Origin: a virus | Taxonomy: Duplodnaviria; Caudoviricetes | Virus record (IMG/VR): IMGVR_UViG_3300028048_000039 | Span: 160,001 to 224,000 of that record | Strand: one strand, 5' to 3' | DNA: 64,000 nucleotides | In this document: one piece after another, positions 19,774 through 30,689 of the stretch | Numbering within the stretch: position 1 is the stretch's first letter | Layout of the letters: every line of letters starts with the position of its first letter | Notes under the pieces: generated by a model | What the model was told of the DNA's origin: nothing | The model's input: only the letters and a program-made list of their open reading frames with translations | The model's database searches: none | Made by a program: the position numbers and the translations under genes

Positions 19774-20154
19774 ATGGAAAACATATTTGAGGAAGCGAGA
19801 AGGATTATTTCAAAACTGATAGATGAGAAGAAAGTTTCCGGGGATGAAGCACTCATCCTTATGGAAGCCCTCATCTGTAATGGTGGCGAATGTACTTGGG
19901 GCGAGAAAGAACATGTGGAGAAGGCTTCAACTGAAGTTACCGAGGAGAAGAGACCAGAGAAAATTCCGGAAACCTTTGACGAGTGGAAGAATTACCCAAA
20001 TGGTTACACAGTCATTGATGATAGAGGTGTCTACACTGACCCAATTACCGGAAAGTCTTATCCACAGCACAGTTACAAGTACATACAGAACCCATACAAC
20101 CCTATCAGGACCTATCTCGATGGGAAAAAGATAACAGAGAATTCGCATAATTAA
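19774..20154 (+). CDS. hypothetical protein
   Basis: ORF. Confidence 0.7.
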   Translation: MENIFEEARRIISKLIDEKKVSGDEALILMEALICNGGECTWGEKEHVEKASTEVTEEKRPEKIPETFDEWKNYPNGYTVIDDRGVYTDPITGKSYPQHSYKYIQNPYNPIRTYLDGKKITENSHN

Positions 20155-20397
20155 GAAATTATGACATTAATTAACAAAGAAGACAAAAGGATTAAGGTAA
20201 TTGTACCAAAGGATAAGATTACAATTAAGAAACGATACGCCAGGGTGGTCGATATCTTCGACGTATTCAGATTTGATGAATGGGACCTGGTGGAAGATGA
20301 AGAGAATTCCTGACGAAATTGTCGGGAATTTTTGTTTTTAAGAAAATTTTTGTATATTTACAGTGTAAATTTGATTATTAATTTAAAACATTATTTT

Positions 20398-21276
20398 ATG
20401 AGTACAATGATTAGTTTTAGAGATAACAATATCTCCGAGAAATTTCTTACGAATGACGAAGTTAAGCGGCTTTGCCCATCAGCATTTAAGACTGCTCCTA
20501 CAAATCCAGATGTTTCTGAAAAATATACCTATGCGAACACAGCTACGGTAATCAATGACCTTGAGAAACTTGGTTGGAGGCCGGTACAGGCAAAGCAGTG
20601 TAGAAAGAAGGAAGGCTCTAAGGGAATTAGAAGCTTCCATATGATTGCACTGCAAAACGAGAATGTGAAAATAGTAGACAGAGATAAGGATGGTGGGGAA
20701 ACCATCGATTCATACCCAAGAATAATACTCACCAACAGTCACGATGGTTTTAACTCGTTCATGTTCAGGGTTGGATTGATACGTTTATGCTGCAGTAATG
20801 GACTTTGTGTTGGTGATAGTATGTTGTCAGAATTTTCAATTCGTCACATAAATTATACATTTGAACGACTTAGGGAAGTGGTTAGTAAGGTTATTGAAAA
20901 TATACCGAACATTGTTAATACAATGAACCGCATGAAAAAAGTAATCCTTAATGACGAACAAAAGCATAATATTGCAAAAGAAATGATTAAAATTAGGAAA
21001 GGTATTGGCCTTAATGCAAAGGTCGATGTTGATGACGACACTATTTCTGATATTCTAACCCCACTTAGACCTGAAGATGATGGCAATAGCCTCTGGAACG
21101 TTTTTAATGTTTGTCAGGAAAAGATGACTAAGGGGTTGTTTTCTCTTCCAGGAAAAAATAATAAGTACCGCAAACAACGAAGGATAACGTCAATTAAGAG
21201 GGATATAGACTACAATTCAAGATTATGGGATGTAGCGGCCAAATATCTTCCTGAATATGTAACCGTAGATGCGTAA
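20398..21276 (+). CDS. DUF932/DUF945-family protein
   Basis: SEKY..T..I..L...GW.P, IILTNSHDG..SF....GL.RL.C.NG, LWNVFN..QE; start at ATG 20398 after promoter. Confidence 0.85.
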   Translation: MSTMISFRDNNISEKFLTNDEVKRLCPSAFKTAPTNPDVSEKYTYANTATVINDLEKLGWRPVQAKQCRKKEGSKGIRSFHMIALQNENVKIVDRDKDGGETIDSYPRIILTNSHDGFNSFMFRVGLIRLCCSNGLCVGDSMLSEFSIRHINYTFERLREVVSKVIENIPNIVNTMNRMKKVILNDEQKHNIAKEMIKIRKGIGLNAKVDVDDDTISDILTPLRPEDDGNSLWNVFNVCQEKMTKGLFSLPGKNNKYRKQRRITSIKRDIDYNSRLWDVAAKYLPEYVTVDA

Positions 21277-21688
21277 TGGTATGGAAGAGTTGCTGTTATT
21301 CCCCAACGAGGAAAACGATGAATGGATTAATAGGTACAATGAACTTGTAGTTGAAGTAAAGGCAAAGGAAGCCGAGAACAAGGCCCTCAAGGAGGCCCAA
21401 CCAAAGAGGAATGATAAGGAACCATCCATTTGGTCTGGTGAAAGCATTGGCATCCATCACATCATTCCAAAGAAAATTCGTCCAGACCTTGTAAAGGATA
21501 AGAACAACTTACTCTATGTATCGATTGCAGACCATTGTCGTCTTCATTACTATCTATGGAAGTCAAATCCAATTTACGCCAAGCACTTCTGGTTCATCCT
21601 GATTGCTGCAAGGAAATGGGGCTGGTGGGACTTGCCAGGTGGTGATGAAGAATATGAAATGATTAAAAATGACTTAAAGAAGAAATAA
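21269..21688 (+). CDS. HNH-like endonuclease
   Basis: HHIIPK...NNL....DH..LH. Confidence 0.65.
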   Translation: MRNGMEELLLFPNEENDEWINRYNELVVEVKAKEAENKALKEAQPKRNDKEPSIWSGESIGIHHIIPKKIRPDLVKDKNNLLYVSIADHCRLHYYLWKSNPIYAKHFWFILIAARKWGWWDLPGGDEEYEMIKNDLKKK

Positions 21689-21718
21689 ATCTTATGCGGG
21701 TAGTCGCCTATGGGTAGG

Positions 21719-21751
21719 AAATCCTCACTAATTTAGTGGGGTTTTTCTTTT
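21719..21751 (+). terminator. intrinsic terminator
   Basis: CCTCACTA/TAGTGGGG hairpin plus T-run. Confidence 0.7.
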
Positions 21752-21759
21752 ATTAACTA

Positions 21760-21767
21760 CTATTTAT
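21760..21767 (+). promoter_or_regulatory. putative late-promoter motif CTATTTAT
   Basis: recurs 20-60 nt upstream of genes at 24383, 25917, 27219, 28229, 51319, 56394 (+) and 27176, 51205, 55817 (-). Confidence 0.65.
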
Positions 21768-21796
21768 TATATAATAAAAGAGTATTTTAGTTAGGG

Positions 21797-23932
21797 ATGA
21801 AAACTTATATTACAGAGAGCGATATAAAGAACATGGTTTCTGAGTGTGTGAGGCTTCTTACTGAGGATGCCGAGAGCAAGAATATGAATCGTGCAAGGAA
21901 GTATCTTGAGGCAAATGGTGTTGAGACACATGAAGAAAGGCATAAGATAATTACAGATGTTCGTGAAGAAGTCCCTAATGCAAGGCTCTTAAATTGTAAA
22001 TTCCTCTTGGGCGTCACTAGGATGTACTTCGAAAATCAACTTACCCCAAAGGTCACTGCAATGCTTAACAAAGCTCTCGAAGTCATTGTAACACAAGGGC
22101 ATGAAGGAGAATTTGACTTTAATCTCAATGGCGAAACTGCTGTTTCACTTGTTAATAAATTCAAAGATGAAATACAGAGACTGCTCGATGCTGATAAGGA
22201 GAGAGCAGATGGAACGAAGAGGAAGAGAAATGAAGATTACACGATAATACCAATAAACAGCACCCGTGAGGCTTCGAGATACAGCAGATACACAAGTTGG
22301 TGTGTTACCACAAGTCAGGATATGTATAATAGGTACACAAATGAAGGGCTCGGAAGGTTCTATTTCTGCCTCAGGAAGGGATTTGAGACTGAAACTAGGA
22401 TTCATGGCGATGGTTGTCCTCTTGATAGCTATGGATTATCAATGATTGCAGTCTCAATTAATATGGATGGTTCTGTAAATACCGTAACATGTAGATGGAA
22501 CCATGACAATGGTGGAAATGACCATATTATGACCGTTGAACAGCTTGAAGACCTCCTTGGTGTTAATTTCTATCAAACATTCCTTCCATATACAAAGGAA
22601 GAACTTCATGCAAAGGGCGCCATCTCATTTGAAGATATTCAAGAAATGTTGGACAAGAAAGACCCTGCCATATGGAAAAATGTTCATGATTACATTGGGG
22701 ATTATAAGATAATAACTTTCCAAAGGAAGAGAAACTTCATTAATCCAGAGGGTAAGTTAATGATGCCGATTTGGGCTAATGCGACCGAAGAGGAGGGCCT
22801 TATGACTAGACAAGAGAAGACAATTGATAGACCAATTGTTATTTGGGTTGGTGAAAAGAGAAATTTCTTCTCGCTGAAAAAGGGAAGGTTAATATATGGT
22901 AACTTTGCTAACATTGATGGTTGGTTTACCTATACTGGTGTTTTCCGGGAAGTTAATGGTGTTGCTGAGGTAAGGAAGAACGGCAAGAGCAACTTATTAA
23001 CCACAGTTGGTACATTCCTCTCCGATGTTTGGTTTGATAGGATTATAGATGTTAGGAAAACTGCTGCCGTTATAGGGATAGGTGAACATAAAAATATATT
23101 CTACTTTAAAGATAAGAGTGTATTATTTGGTTCCATAGATAACCCAGAAGCATGGCCACGTGATGTTTCCATAACTGATAATGGTTCAATTATAGTGGTT
23201 AATGCTGAGGGAAAACAGAACATCTATGACCCAGAGAAGAAGAGATTCATTTCTGAAGTATGGGCTGACTCTGTTTATGAAATTGGAGAAGGTCATTATA
23301 AGGTGACTGACAGGACGGAAACGGAAAATGGCAATTACAGGTACGTTTCAAACATCGTTAACGGAACGACAGGAGAATTAATGTACGGAAGAAGTGATAA
23401 TCCTAATACCTGGCTTGACCTTGTTCATAAGTTTGTTGATGGTCTCTGTGTCATTAAGAAGGGAGGAAAGTCTAATTATATTAATAGAGACGGTAAGGTA
23501 GTCTTTGGTGAGAAAGATGACCCTAGGACTTGGTTTGACCATGCATTTAATCTTGAGGACGATGGCCAATCTGGAAGTTGCGCTGCCGTCTTTAAGGATA
23601 ATATGTTCAACATCATTGATAATAAAGGACGATTATTCTTTGGTAATCCTAATGATACAAGCACCTGGCTTGATGATGTATCATATGATATGATTAACTT
23701 TGGCGTCTTGGTTGTAAGCAAAAATAACATGTTTAACTTTATGTTGAACAAATATCCAGGAGAAGTTCTCTTTGGTGAAAAGGAGAATATAGGTACCTGG
23801 TTTGATAATGCATATTATGGCAGCCATAATGATACCCTCCAAGCATTGGGAAAGACAGTAAATGGTAATGTTGAATGGTATACAGTCAATAATGGCGGAT
23901 TACTAAGAAAAATCAGTTTGTATATAAGTTAG
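21797..23932 (+). CDS. large putative virion-internal protein: ITE tag, WCxT/RWNH domain and WG-like repeats
   Basis: N-terminal MKTYITESDIKNMVSECV; SWCVT..PLDSYG.S.IA..TCRWNH; repeated W-F/L-D units. Confidence 0.8.
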   Translation: MKTYITESDIKNMVSECVRLLTEDAESKNMNRARKYLEANGVETHEERHKIITDVREEVPNARLLNCKFLLGVTRMYFENQLTPKVTAMLNKALEVIVTQGHEGEFDFNLNGETAVSLVNKFKDEIQRLLDADKERADGTKRKRNEDYTIIPINSTREASRYSRYTSWCVTTSQDMYNRYTNEGLGRFYFCLRKGFETETRIHGDGCPLDSYGLSMIAVSINMDGSVNTVTCRWNHDNGGNDHIMTVEQLEDLLGVNFYQTFLPYTKEELHAKGAISFEDIQEMLDKKDPAIWKNVHDYIGDYKIITFQRKRNFINPEGKLMMPIWANATEEEGLMTRQEKTIDRPIVIWVGEKRNFFSLKKGRLIYGNFANIDGWFTYTGVFREVNGVAEVRKNGKSNLLTTVGTFLSDVWFDRIIDVRKTAAVIGIGEHKNIFYFKDKSVLFGSIDNPEAWPRDVSITDNGSIIVVNAEGKQNIYDPEKKRFISEVWADSVYEIGEGHYKVTDRTETENGNYRYVSNIVNGTTGELMYGRSDNPNTWLDLVHKFVDGLCVIKKGGKSNYINRDGKVVFGEKDDPRTWFDHAFNLEDDGQSGSCAAVFKDNMFNIIDNKGRLFFGNPNDTSTWLDDVSYDMINFGVLVVSKNNMFNFMLNKYPGEVLFGEKENIGTWFDNAYYGSHNDTLQALGKTVNGNVEWYTVNNGGLLRKISLYIS

Positions 23933-24097
23933 CAAGAAAAATAATTGGTTCAAAGATTACACCTGGCTCAATAAGAAGAAATAACCCATTAGCCCACCAA
24001 TTTCGGTGGTTTTTTATTGAAAAATACCTCAATTTTTGCCCAAAATTTACCATTTTTTACCATAACCAGTTTCCTGAGTGATTTTCAGGAAATTAAC

Positions 24098-24241
24098 TGC
24101 GCAAAATCATTGCGTTCTCTATAAGACCTCAATTCCGGGACAAGACAATCCCCTTCTGAACCCCGTAAAACCCGGTTTTTCCCTACGTAATTCCATTGCG
24201 CACAACATTCTCATTGCGTAGATACGTAATTAATGTGCGTA
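24098..24241. repeat. three palindromic T(A/G)CG(C/T)A-N7-TGCG(C/T)A boxes
   Basis: copies at 24098, 24184, 24223 in a non-coding gap. Confidence 0.7.
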
Positions 24242-24433
24242 AAAACCCCTTAAAATGGTCATTTTTGCGTGTGAAGCATTTTCTGAAGTGAAAAAAGAGG
24301 GCCCCTCATTGCATTTCCCGGATTTAACCAGCAACAGGAATAAATCTTGACGGGTTTTTCTTAACTTTCTTCACCTTGCATACTATTTATAAGATGTAAT
24401 TACAAAATAATAAAAATAATAAAACGTTAACGT

Positions 24434-24955
24434 ATGACAAAGAAAATAATGATAAATGAGGCGACATTAAAGAAGATTGTTGCTGAATCAGTAAGAAGAG
24501 TCCTCAAGGAGCACGATGACTGGATGATTGGTGACGTTGAAGATGAAGAAACCGATGTCCCATTTGGAGAAGTTAGAAGAAATGTTATCAATGGAAAAAT
24601 CGAACAGCCAAAGGAAATAAAGTATTACCTCAGCATCGTCTACAGAGATATTGTAAAGGACAGAAACTTTAATCGTTGGTATGGTCAGGGATACAATGAT
24701 GACCTGAAGGTTATTAAGGACCTTGCACTTAGCTATGTTAGTGGCTGGAAGAGACAGGCATACATCTACGCTTACAAGAAGATGATAGACTTTAAGAAGA
24801 TTGTAAATGCCGCTGCTGAGGAACAGGGTGTTACAAAAGTTCCAATTGACAAGGGCGAAGCAAAACCTGACATCAGAGAGTCAAGAAAGGCCAAGAAGTC
24901 AAGAAAGAAGGTTAATGAGGGCCTTAAGAAGAGAATGATGAAAAATCGCAAGTAA
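24434..24955 (+). CDS. putative head-internal protein with INE tag
   Basis: MTKKIMINEATLKKIVAESVRRVLKE; CTATTTAT upstream. Confidence 0.75.
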   Translation: MTKKIMINEATLKKIVAESVRRVLKEHDDWMIGDVEDEETDVPFGEVRRNVINGKIEQPKEIKYYLSIVYRDIVKDRNFNRWYGQGYNDDLKVIKDLALSYVSGWKRQAYIYAYKKMIDFKKIVNAAAEEQGVTKVPIDKGEAKPDIRESRKAKKSRKKVNEGLKKRMMKNRK

Positions 24956-25092
24956 TCATCCAATGAGACTAAAAGAGACATTGTTTAAACATAGAGAGAG
25001 TCCCACCAGGAATTTCCTGATGGGATTTTCTTTTTTAACTTATTTTTTGTATATTAAGAGCAAAATCAAATAATGATGATGAATGAAAGATT

Positions 25093-25470
25093 ATGACAAG
25101 GGAGGAGGCGAGACAATATTATAACAACACCGAACTAGGATGGATTAGGGAAGGTAACTTTTCAAATAAGGCAGAGAATATCATTGACGTGGTGCTTTAC
25201 CTTAATGAACAGGGGAGGTTGGATGAGATGATGCCTGAGGTGGAAGGAAGAAGCGGTTTCTTGACAATGCTCAGTCAGGTAATTGTTAACTTAAATAATG
25301 AAATGCCAAGGATAAAAGACATGGAAAAGTTCATCACTTATGTCAGGGAAAGGGCTAAGGAAAGCTATCCAAAGTATGTTGGTATTCCAAATGATTGTGC
25401 TTTAACAGCATTTGACATTAGCAGGGAGTTACGCAAGATAATAAGGAATGATAAGGATGAACAGTTATGA
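25093..25470 (+). CDS. hypothetical protein (paralog family with 13502, 25467)
   Basis: ORF. Confidence 0.75.
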   Translation: MTREEARQYYNNTELGWIREGNFSNKAENIIDVVLYLNEQGRLDEMMPEVEGRSGFLTMLSQVIVNLNNEMPRIKDMEKFITYVRERAKESYPKYVGIPNDCALTAFDISRELRKIIRNDKDEQL

Positions 25471-25850
25471 TGAATGCAAGGGAACTGCTTGACATGTACA
25501 AAGACAAAACCTGTCCAAAAAGTGTATATAATGATAACCTTCAGAATGTGTATGATGCCTTGGAGGAAAATGGGCTTCTTGAAAAGAGAATCTTCGAGGG
25601 AAATCGCACCTTGGCGAAGTTTCTCTTTGAAGTCCTCTGCTGTCTTCAATTTTCTGAAAAGAACTATGGTAAAAAATCATTCCGACTGAAAGACCCAAGG
25701 AAGTTCATAGAATGGGCAACGTCTTTTGCAAAGGAAGAATATCTCTCTCGCATCAATAAAGGACAAGAGTGGGAAGATGCATTGGTTGTCGCCACAGCGG
25801 AGACAATAAAGAAACTATACAATACGCTTCACAATAAGAATAATGATTAA
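25467..25850 (+). CDS. hypothetical protein (paralog family)
   Basis: ORF. Confidence 0.75.
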   Translation: MMNARELLDMYKDKTCPKSVYNDNLQNVYDALEENGLLEKRIFEGNRTLAKFLFEVLCCLQFSEKNYGKKSFRLKDPRKFIEWATSFAKEEYLSRINKGQEWEDALVVATAETIKKLYNTLHNKNND

Positions 25851-25956
25851 AGAACCATAGGAAAGAGATAATTGCCCGTTGGATTATTCTCTAACGGGTT
25901 TTTTTGTCTCTGACTGCTATTTATATTAAAAATAATAGATAAAAGATAAAAGAGAC

Positions 25957-26367
25957 ATGACAAAGGTTAAGAAAATAAAGATAAATGAAGCAACATTGAA
26001 CAAGATTGTTGCTGAAAGCGTAAAGAAGGTTTTATCAGAAGTAACAGACTATGGAAATAATATATTTGGTAGTGGCAATATGAATCCAACATATAAAGAA
26101 AACCATGGGGTTGATAGAGATGAATATTATGAGTTACGTTTTTTAAGAAAAAACATTATTGAAAAATTTGCTAATCCTGAAGACGAGAATCTAAATTATG
26201 CAAAAGATGGAATTAATATCTATTTGTATGGTGATATTGAAGAAAGACAAGATGATTTGCAAAAGATAGAAAAGTATTGTAGTGAGAAGGGGGTTATGTG
26301 TGATTTTAAGAATGTAAAGTATGGGATTAATAATTCTCCTGTTGTGAAAATAACATTTAAGAAATAA
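25957..26367 (+). CDS. putative head-internal protein with INE tag
   Basis: KKIKINEATLNKIVAESVKKVLSE; CTATTTAT upstream. Confidence 0.75.
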   Translation: MTKVKKIKINEATLNKIVAESVKKVLSEVTDYGNNIFGSGNMNPTYKENHGVDRDEYYELRFLRKNIIEKFANPEDENLNYAKDGINIYLYGDIEERQDDLQKIEKYCSEKGVMCDFKNVKYGINNSPVVKITFKK

Positions 26368-26922
26368 TAGGGGGGATATATTAATTGATAATAGAAACGC
26401 ATCCTATTGGGATGCGTTTTTTTATTATAAATGGATTTTTGATGATTTTTAGGGGTGAATTATTGATGGTGAGAAGGGGCTAAAAACCCGTTTCAAACTG
26501 TGTCGTATCTCAATTTTCTTACAAAAAATTTTTTAATTTTCCAAATTTTTTACCCACTTTTTTTACTACAATTATAAATATTTCCCTCCCCATTTCTTCG
26601 CCAATCTTACAGTTTTCAGAAAACACCCCTATCGATGCTAATATTCATCAATCTATTTTTTACCCAACAATTACAATTTCTCATCAAAAGTTTTATTTTC
26701 CTTACAATTCTTAATTTTGCTAAGTGGCAACTTTTCGGCAAATGACATTATTTCCCTAACCATCGTCCCCGGAGTAGTACCATTTTCCTAATCACCATTC
26801 CCGGAAAAACTATTACTTCGCCAAACGTCACCATTCCCGGAACAATGCCATGAATGAAAGAGAAATGGGCCAGGAGAACTTCCTGACCCAAGCCAATCTT
26901 AATTAATTAAGAAATTTTTTCA

Positions 26923-27153
26923 TTAATTCCCTTCTGGTTCATCCTTATCGGACTCAGTGTTTCCAGAATATTTCCCATATCCATAGGTTTTATCAAGCCT
27001 ACCGCAACCCTGAATGAGGAAAAATATTGCGATTATGAACAAAGCAATGTTCGCAAAACTTGTAATAAAGGTAACTGTGGTTGCCAAGTAGAAACAGCCA
27101 CAGGAGAGGAGAAATACTCCCAAGGTAATTAATTTTTCTAAGAATTGCATCAT
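26923..27153 (-). CDS. small 2-TM membrane protein
   Basis: two hydrophobic helices; CTATTTAT upstream on - strand. Confidence 0.65.
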   Translation of the reverse strand: MMQFLEKLITLGVFLLSCGCFYLATTVTFITSFANIALFIIAIFFLIQGCGRLDKTYGYGKYSGNTESDKDEPEGN

Positions 27154-27276
27154 AAAGTATTAAGTTTTAGTGTATATAAATAGTTTAAAGAAGCGGAAAG
27201 GTTTTTGGCGAATAGTTGCTATTTATAATACACACTAGTGTTAAAAATAACGTTTTTATAAAAGCTTTTATTAATT

Positions 27277-27723
27277 ATGAAAAAGATAAGATTGAATGAA
27301 ACGACGCTTAAGAAAATCGTTGCTGAAAGTGTTGTGAAAGCAATGAAGATGCTTAATGAGATGGACCAGGATGTCTACAACAGGGCTGCTGACAAGGCAA
27401 AGGAACTTGGACAGCATCAGAGAGCAATGAGGTTTAATAATCATGCAGCAAGTATTGCCAGGCGTAGGGCTACTGACTATGTTGCTGATGTTAACAGGAA
27501 TTATATCACTTACAAGACCGTTACAGGAAAGGAATGGACTATTAACGCCAAAGTAAGAACTGATGAGAGAAATTATATTTATAATGTAAATGACCTTGCA
27601 GAGAATGGTGTTCCTGCTTCTCTCCGTACAACTGATGTTCGCACTGCCAAGTATGTTGCTGACTGGTGCAACAGGTATTCAACCAACAAGAAAGATTTCA
27701 CGAAGAATGACTTCATTGCGTAG
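27277..27723 (+). CDS. putative head-internal protein with LNE tag
   Basis: MKKIRLNETTLKKIVAESVVKAMKMLNE. Confidence 0.75.
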   Translation: MKKIRLNETTLKKIVAESVVKAMKMLNEMDQDVYNRAADKAKELGQHQRAMRFNNHAASIARRRATDYVADVNRNYITYKTVTGKEWTINAKVRTDERNYIYNVNDLAENGVPASLRTTDVRTAKYVADWCNRYSTNKKDFTKNDFIA

Positions 27724-27842
27724 ACTTCTTCTCTCTTTAATTGGATATGGGTGGCAAAGAAATTTTGCTGCCCATTTTCTTTTTCTTCCTTAATGTGACA
27801 TCATTTTCTCTAAATGATTATTTTTCAACTACTTATAAGTAT

Positions 27843-27939
27843 TGTGCAAACCATTTGCGTAGATAAATGATTGTAATGATTATAATTATAGCTACGCAAA
27901 CCCTTTGCGTAGTGGGCAGGTGCGCAATGTGGTTGCGTA
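27843..27939. repeat. three palindromic N7-spaced boxes
   Basis: TGTGCA/TACGCA/TGCGCA-N7-TGCGTA at 27843, 27893, 27921. Confidence 0.7.
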
Positions 27940-28257
27940 GGGTGGGATGTGGGTGTGACGGAGACTATATAATTCATTAGTCGAGACATGTTGGAGAAAG
28001 CATAATCCATTAGTCCCATTGACTCCTGACGCCATTTTTTTTGGCTTCCCCCTGTACTGCAGGTGGGCTATTTAAAAAATTTTAAGCTAAGTCATCCATT
28101 TTTAAGTTTTAGTGGCGGGGTCCAGAACCTTCCGCTGGTTAAACAATCTAGTTACCGGAGGGGATTACCCTCCACATTATTAATATACAAAAACCATGCC
28201 ACAATTCCAAATTTTTTGGGAAAAGATACTATTTATCTAACAGAATGAAAAAAGTGG

Positions 28258-28497
28258 ATGTATATGAAAATTAGAGAGTTATTTAAAAACCATTATACGG
28301 TAGCGTTCTTCTCAACGCTGGTAATATCGATTGGACTAATGATAACGTCCTTCTTCATGCCCCCTAAGGGAGTTATTGACTCAAGTGTACTTAAGGCTTC
28401 TGCTGAAATGTTCTTATGGCCAACACTTGCATTTGGTGTAAAGGCTGTTTATGAATGTAAGAATAGAAAGGCTGCTGAGGAAGAGGAGAAGAAATAG
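28258..28497 (+). CDS. small 2-TM protein (holin-like)
   Basis: two helices around SFFMPPKGVIDSSVL; CTATTTAT upstream. Confidence 0.6.
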   Translation: MYMKIRELFKNHYTVAFFSTLVISIGLMITSFFMPPKGVIDSSVLKASAEMFLWPTLAFGVKAVYECKNRKAAEEEEKK

Positions 28498-28622
28498 GGG
28501 TCCGCAACTGCGTACTACACATGCCGTGAAACCGGGTTTTCGTCGTTCCGGGGAAAAAATTAGGGCACACCAGGATTTGGTATGCCCATTTTCTTTATGA
28601 AAGATATTAATGAAAAGCTCTC

Positions 28623-29579
28623 TTATGATAAATGTCCTTCCAGTTCTTTTGCCTTATCAAGATACCATTGTTCTTTTCTAATATCCTGTTCAGCACTTTC
28701 CCCTGGCTTTGTTCCTGCTCTCATTCTATACTTGAAAGCATTTAGCTTACAGAAGGAAATTGTCTCATGCACACCAAACAACCTTGTCATCATATCAATT
28801 ACTTCCATGTCGTAGTTGTTGTAGTGCTTTGGGTGATTAACAAACTCGTACTTAGGAAGCTCATCACTTTCAGTAGCTATTGGCTCTTTCGCTATAGGCT
28901 CAGAAGCTTCTGGTGGACATGTATTATCCCAGGCCATTGCTGGACGGTTCTTCTTTGTGTAGAAATTGGACAGGTCTTCAGGAATATCATCCACACCGAC
29001 GATAGCCTTCGTTGCATTATCCAGGGCTGTCTTTGCCTGATATATATCATGTATATCTTCTATCTCACTGCCAGCGGAAGACTTGCATTCATTTCTATGC
29101 TTATTTATTTCTTCAGCCATCTTCCTGGAATTCTCGTATATCTTTGTTGGGACATTCTTAAAGTTCTCCTTAGCGATATTTATTCTGCTTTCACGAACCC
29201 CATCTATTCCGGAGGCTGGGTTCTCCTTATTAACAGCTTCCCTGGATTCACGTACATCATCTGGGTTATAACCACCGACAAACGGCGTTGGTTTTGGCTT
29301 ACTATCCATAGAATCCTTAATACTGTCCTGACGCAAGTCACACGGACTGTTCCTCCTCATATCGTCAATCATACCGGTCTCAGCGAAAACCCTAACCTTA
29401 CGGCCATCCTCGTCGAAGTAAGCTACCTCTTCAAGGTCTTCCTTAGGAAGTTCATTCTTTATGTTCTGAAGAACCTCAGGGGTTGTATGAATCTTGCAGG
29501 AACTAACTTTATCAGCAAGGTTTTCTTTTTTGAATGCATTCTTTGCTTTCTCTTCCAAATCTTTAATCTTAATCTTCAT
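28623..29579 (-). CDS. DUF3310 (SaV-like) domain protein
   Basis: C-terminal VNHPKHY..EVID..FCKLNAFKYRMRAG.K..DIRK..WYL. Confidence 0.8.
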   Translation of the reverse strand: MKIKIKDLEEKAKNAFKKENLADKVSSCKIHTTPEVLQNIKNELPKEDLEEVAYFDEDGRKVRVFAETGMIDDMRRNSPCDLRQDSIKDSMDSKPKPTPFVGGYNPDDVRESREAVNKENPASGIDGVRESRINIAKENFKNVPTKIYENSRKMAEEINKHRNECKSSAGSEIEDIHDIYQAKTALDNATKAIVGVDDIPEDLSNFYTKKNRPAMAWDNTCPPEASEPIAKEPIATESDELPKYEFVNHPKHYNNYDMEVIDMMTRLFGVHETISFCKLNAFKYRMRAGTKPGESAEQDIRKEQWYLDKAKELEGHLS

Positions 29580-29618
29580 CTCTTTATCTGTTTTATTAAT
29601 AACGTTATTATATTCTAG

Positions 29619-30470
29619 TTATGCCTTAACAGTGGAAAGAGCCACTTTAAGTTTCTCCTCCGCCTTCTTTCTTATCTGGCGAATTCTCTCAGATGTATAA
29701 TCCATCTTCTCACCAATCTCATAATCCTTGTACTGTCTATCAACACCAATTCCATATGCTAAACAGAGTATTTCCCTCTCCTTGGTAGATAATGTCAGCA
29801 TTGCCTTTCTCATATTGTCAGATATCTCATCTCTCTCGCTAGCCTCTTCAAAGGCATTCATGGAAGAGGTCCTGAGGTTAAACTCTTCATCCTGGACCTC
29901 ACGATTATCGTCGTCATTGTATGTCTCCTGGATATAGCTCAGGTCTACACCGTACAGGTCTGAACGGCTCTTAATCTTAATACCATAAAGTTCCTGGATG
30001 TAATTTATTAGCTCATCCTCTGTGGCTTCACGCTCGTGTTCCTGGAAAAACCTAGCCTTAGCCTTTTTAATCTTTGGCTGCATGGTATAGTTAGCTGGAA
30101 CCACGAGTGGAGCGGTTCTGGTGAGATAGAGGTTCACCCTCTGATGAATATAATGCCTTGCGAGTGTCCAGAATCTGGTACCTGTGGTAGCGTCATACTC
30201 TTCGAGTGCATCCTCGATACCAAGAATTGATTCCTGGAAAAGGTCATCGAAATCATTTCCGGTTCCTGCGAAGTCCTTAACGAGCTTGATAATGTATCTG
30301 AGGTTACCGGTGATAAGCTTATTCCTGGCTGTCACCTTCTCTTCCTCACTGGACTTCTCATCCTTATAGATGTTGATAAGCATCATTTCCTCCTCTACGG
30401 AGATTGTGTCATTTGCATTTGCTGCCTTAAAAATGGCATTCACAGTGTTTGTTCTCTCAATAAAATTCAT
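29619..30470 (-). CDS. phage-encoded sigma70-family RNA polymerase sigma factor
   Basis: region 2 ARNKLITGNLRYII..DDLFQES..G..YD..G.RF.T.A; region 4 LS.KEREIL..YGI..EIGE..TSERIRQI. Confidence 0.9.
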   Translation of the reverse strand: MNFIERTNTVNAIFKAANANDTISVEEEMMLINIYKDEKSSEEEKVTARNKLITGNLRYIIKLVKDFAGTGNDFDDLFQESILGIEDALEEYDATTGTRFWTLARHYIHQRVNLYLTRTAPLVVPANYTMQPKIKKAKARFFQEHEREATEDELINYIQELYGIKIKSRSDLYGVDLSYIQETYNDDDNREVQDEEFNLRTSSMNAFEEASERDEISDNMRKAMLTLSTKEREILCLAYGIGVDRQYKDYEIGEKMDYTSERIRQIRKKAEEKLKVALSTVKA

Positions 30471-30600
30471 ATCCTTCTCAAATTTTAAAATGTTAAATTA
30501 TTTCTTTCTTCACTTGTATATACTCCACCTATCACAAAATCTCACATATTAATATACAAAAATTTTATTGATATGTCAAGTCTTTTTCATAAAGATTACT

Positions 30601-30689
30601 ATCAAATCCTGTGCCAGACTATTCTTTCTGCCAAAGTTTTTTTTCGGTAACCCTTACATTAATATATATTGCAAATCCCGTGCCAAACT
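30601..30689 (-). promoter_or_regulatory. two sigma54-type (-24/-12) promoters upstream of the sigma gene
   Basis: - strand TGGCACGGGATTTGCA (30670-30685) and TGGCACAGGATTTGA (30602-30616). Confidence 0.7.

Noticed and set aside
28186-28205. Possible additional -24/-12 sites at 28186 and 35081
   Set aside because: Both overlap TTTGTATAT sigmaA-like boxes and are ambiguous, so they were not counted.
28767-29618. Long + strand ORF, and similar antisense ORFs at 42927, 44972 and 47448
   Set aside because: These are antisense shadows of well-supported - strand genes.
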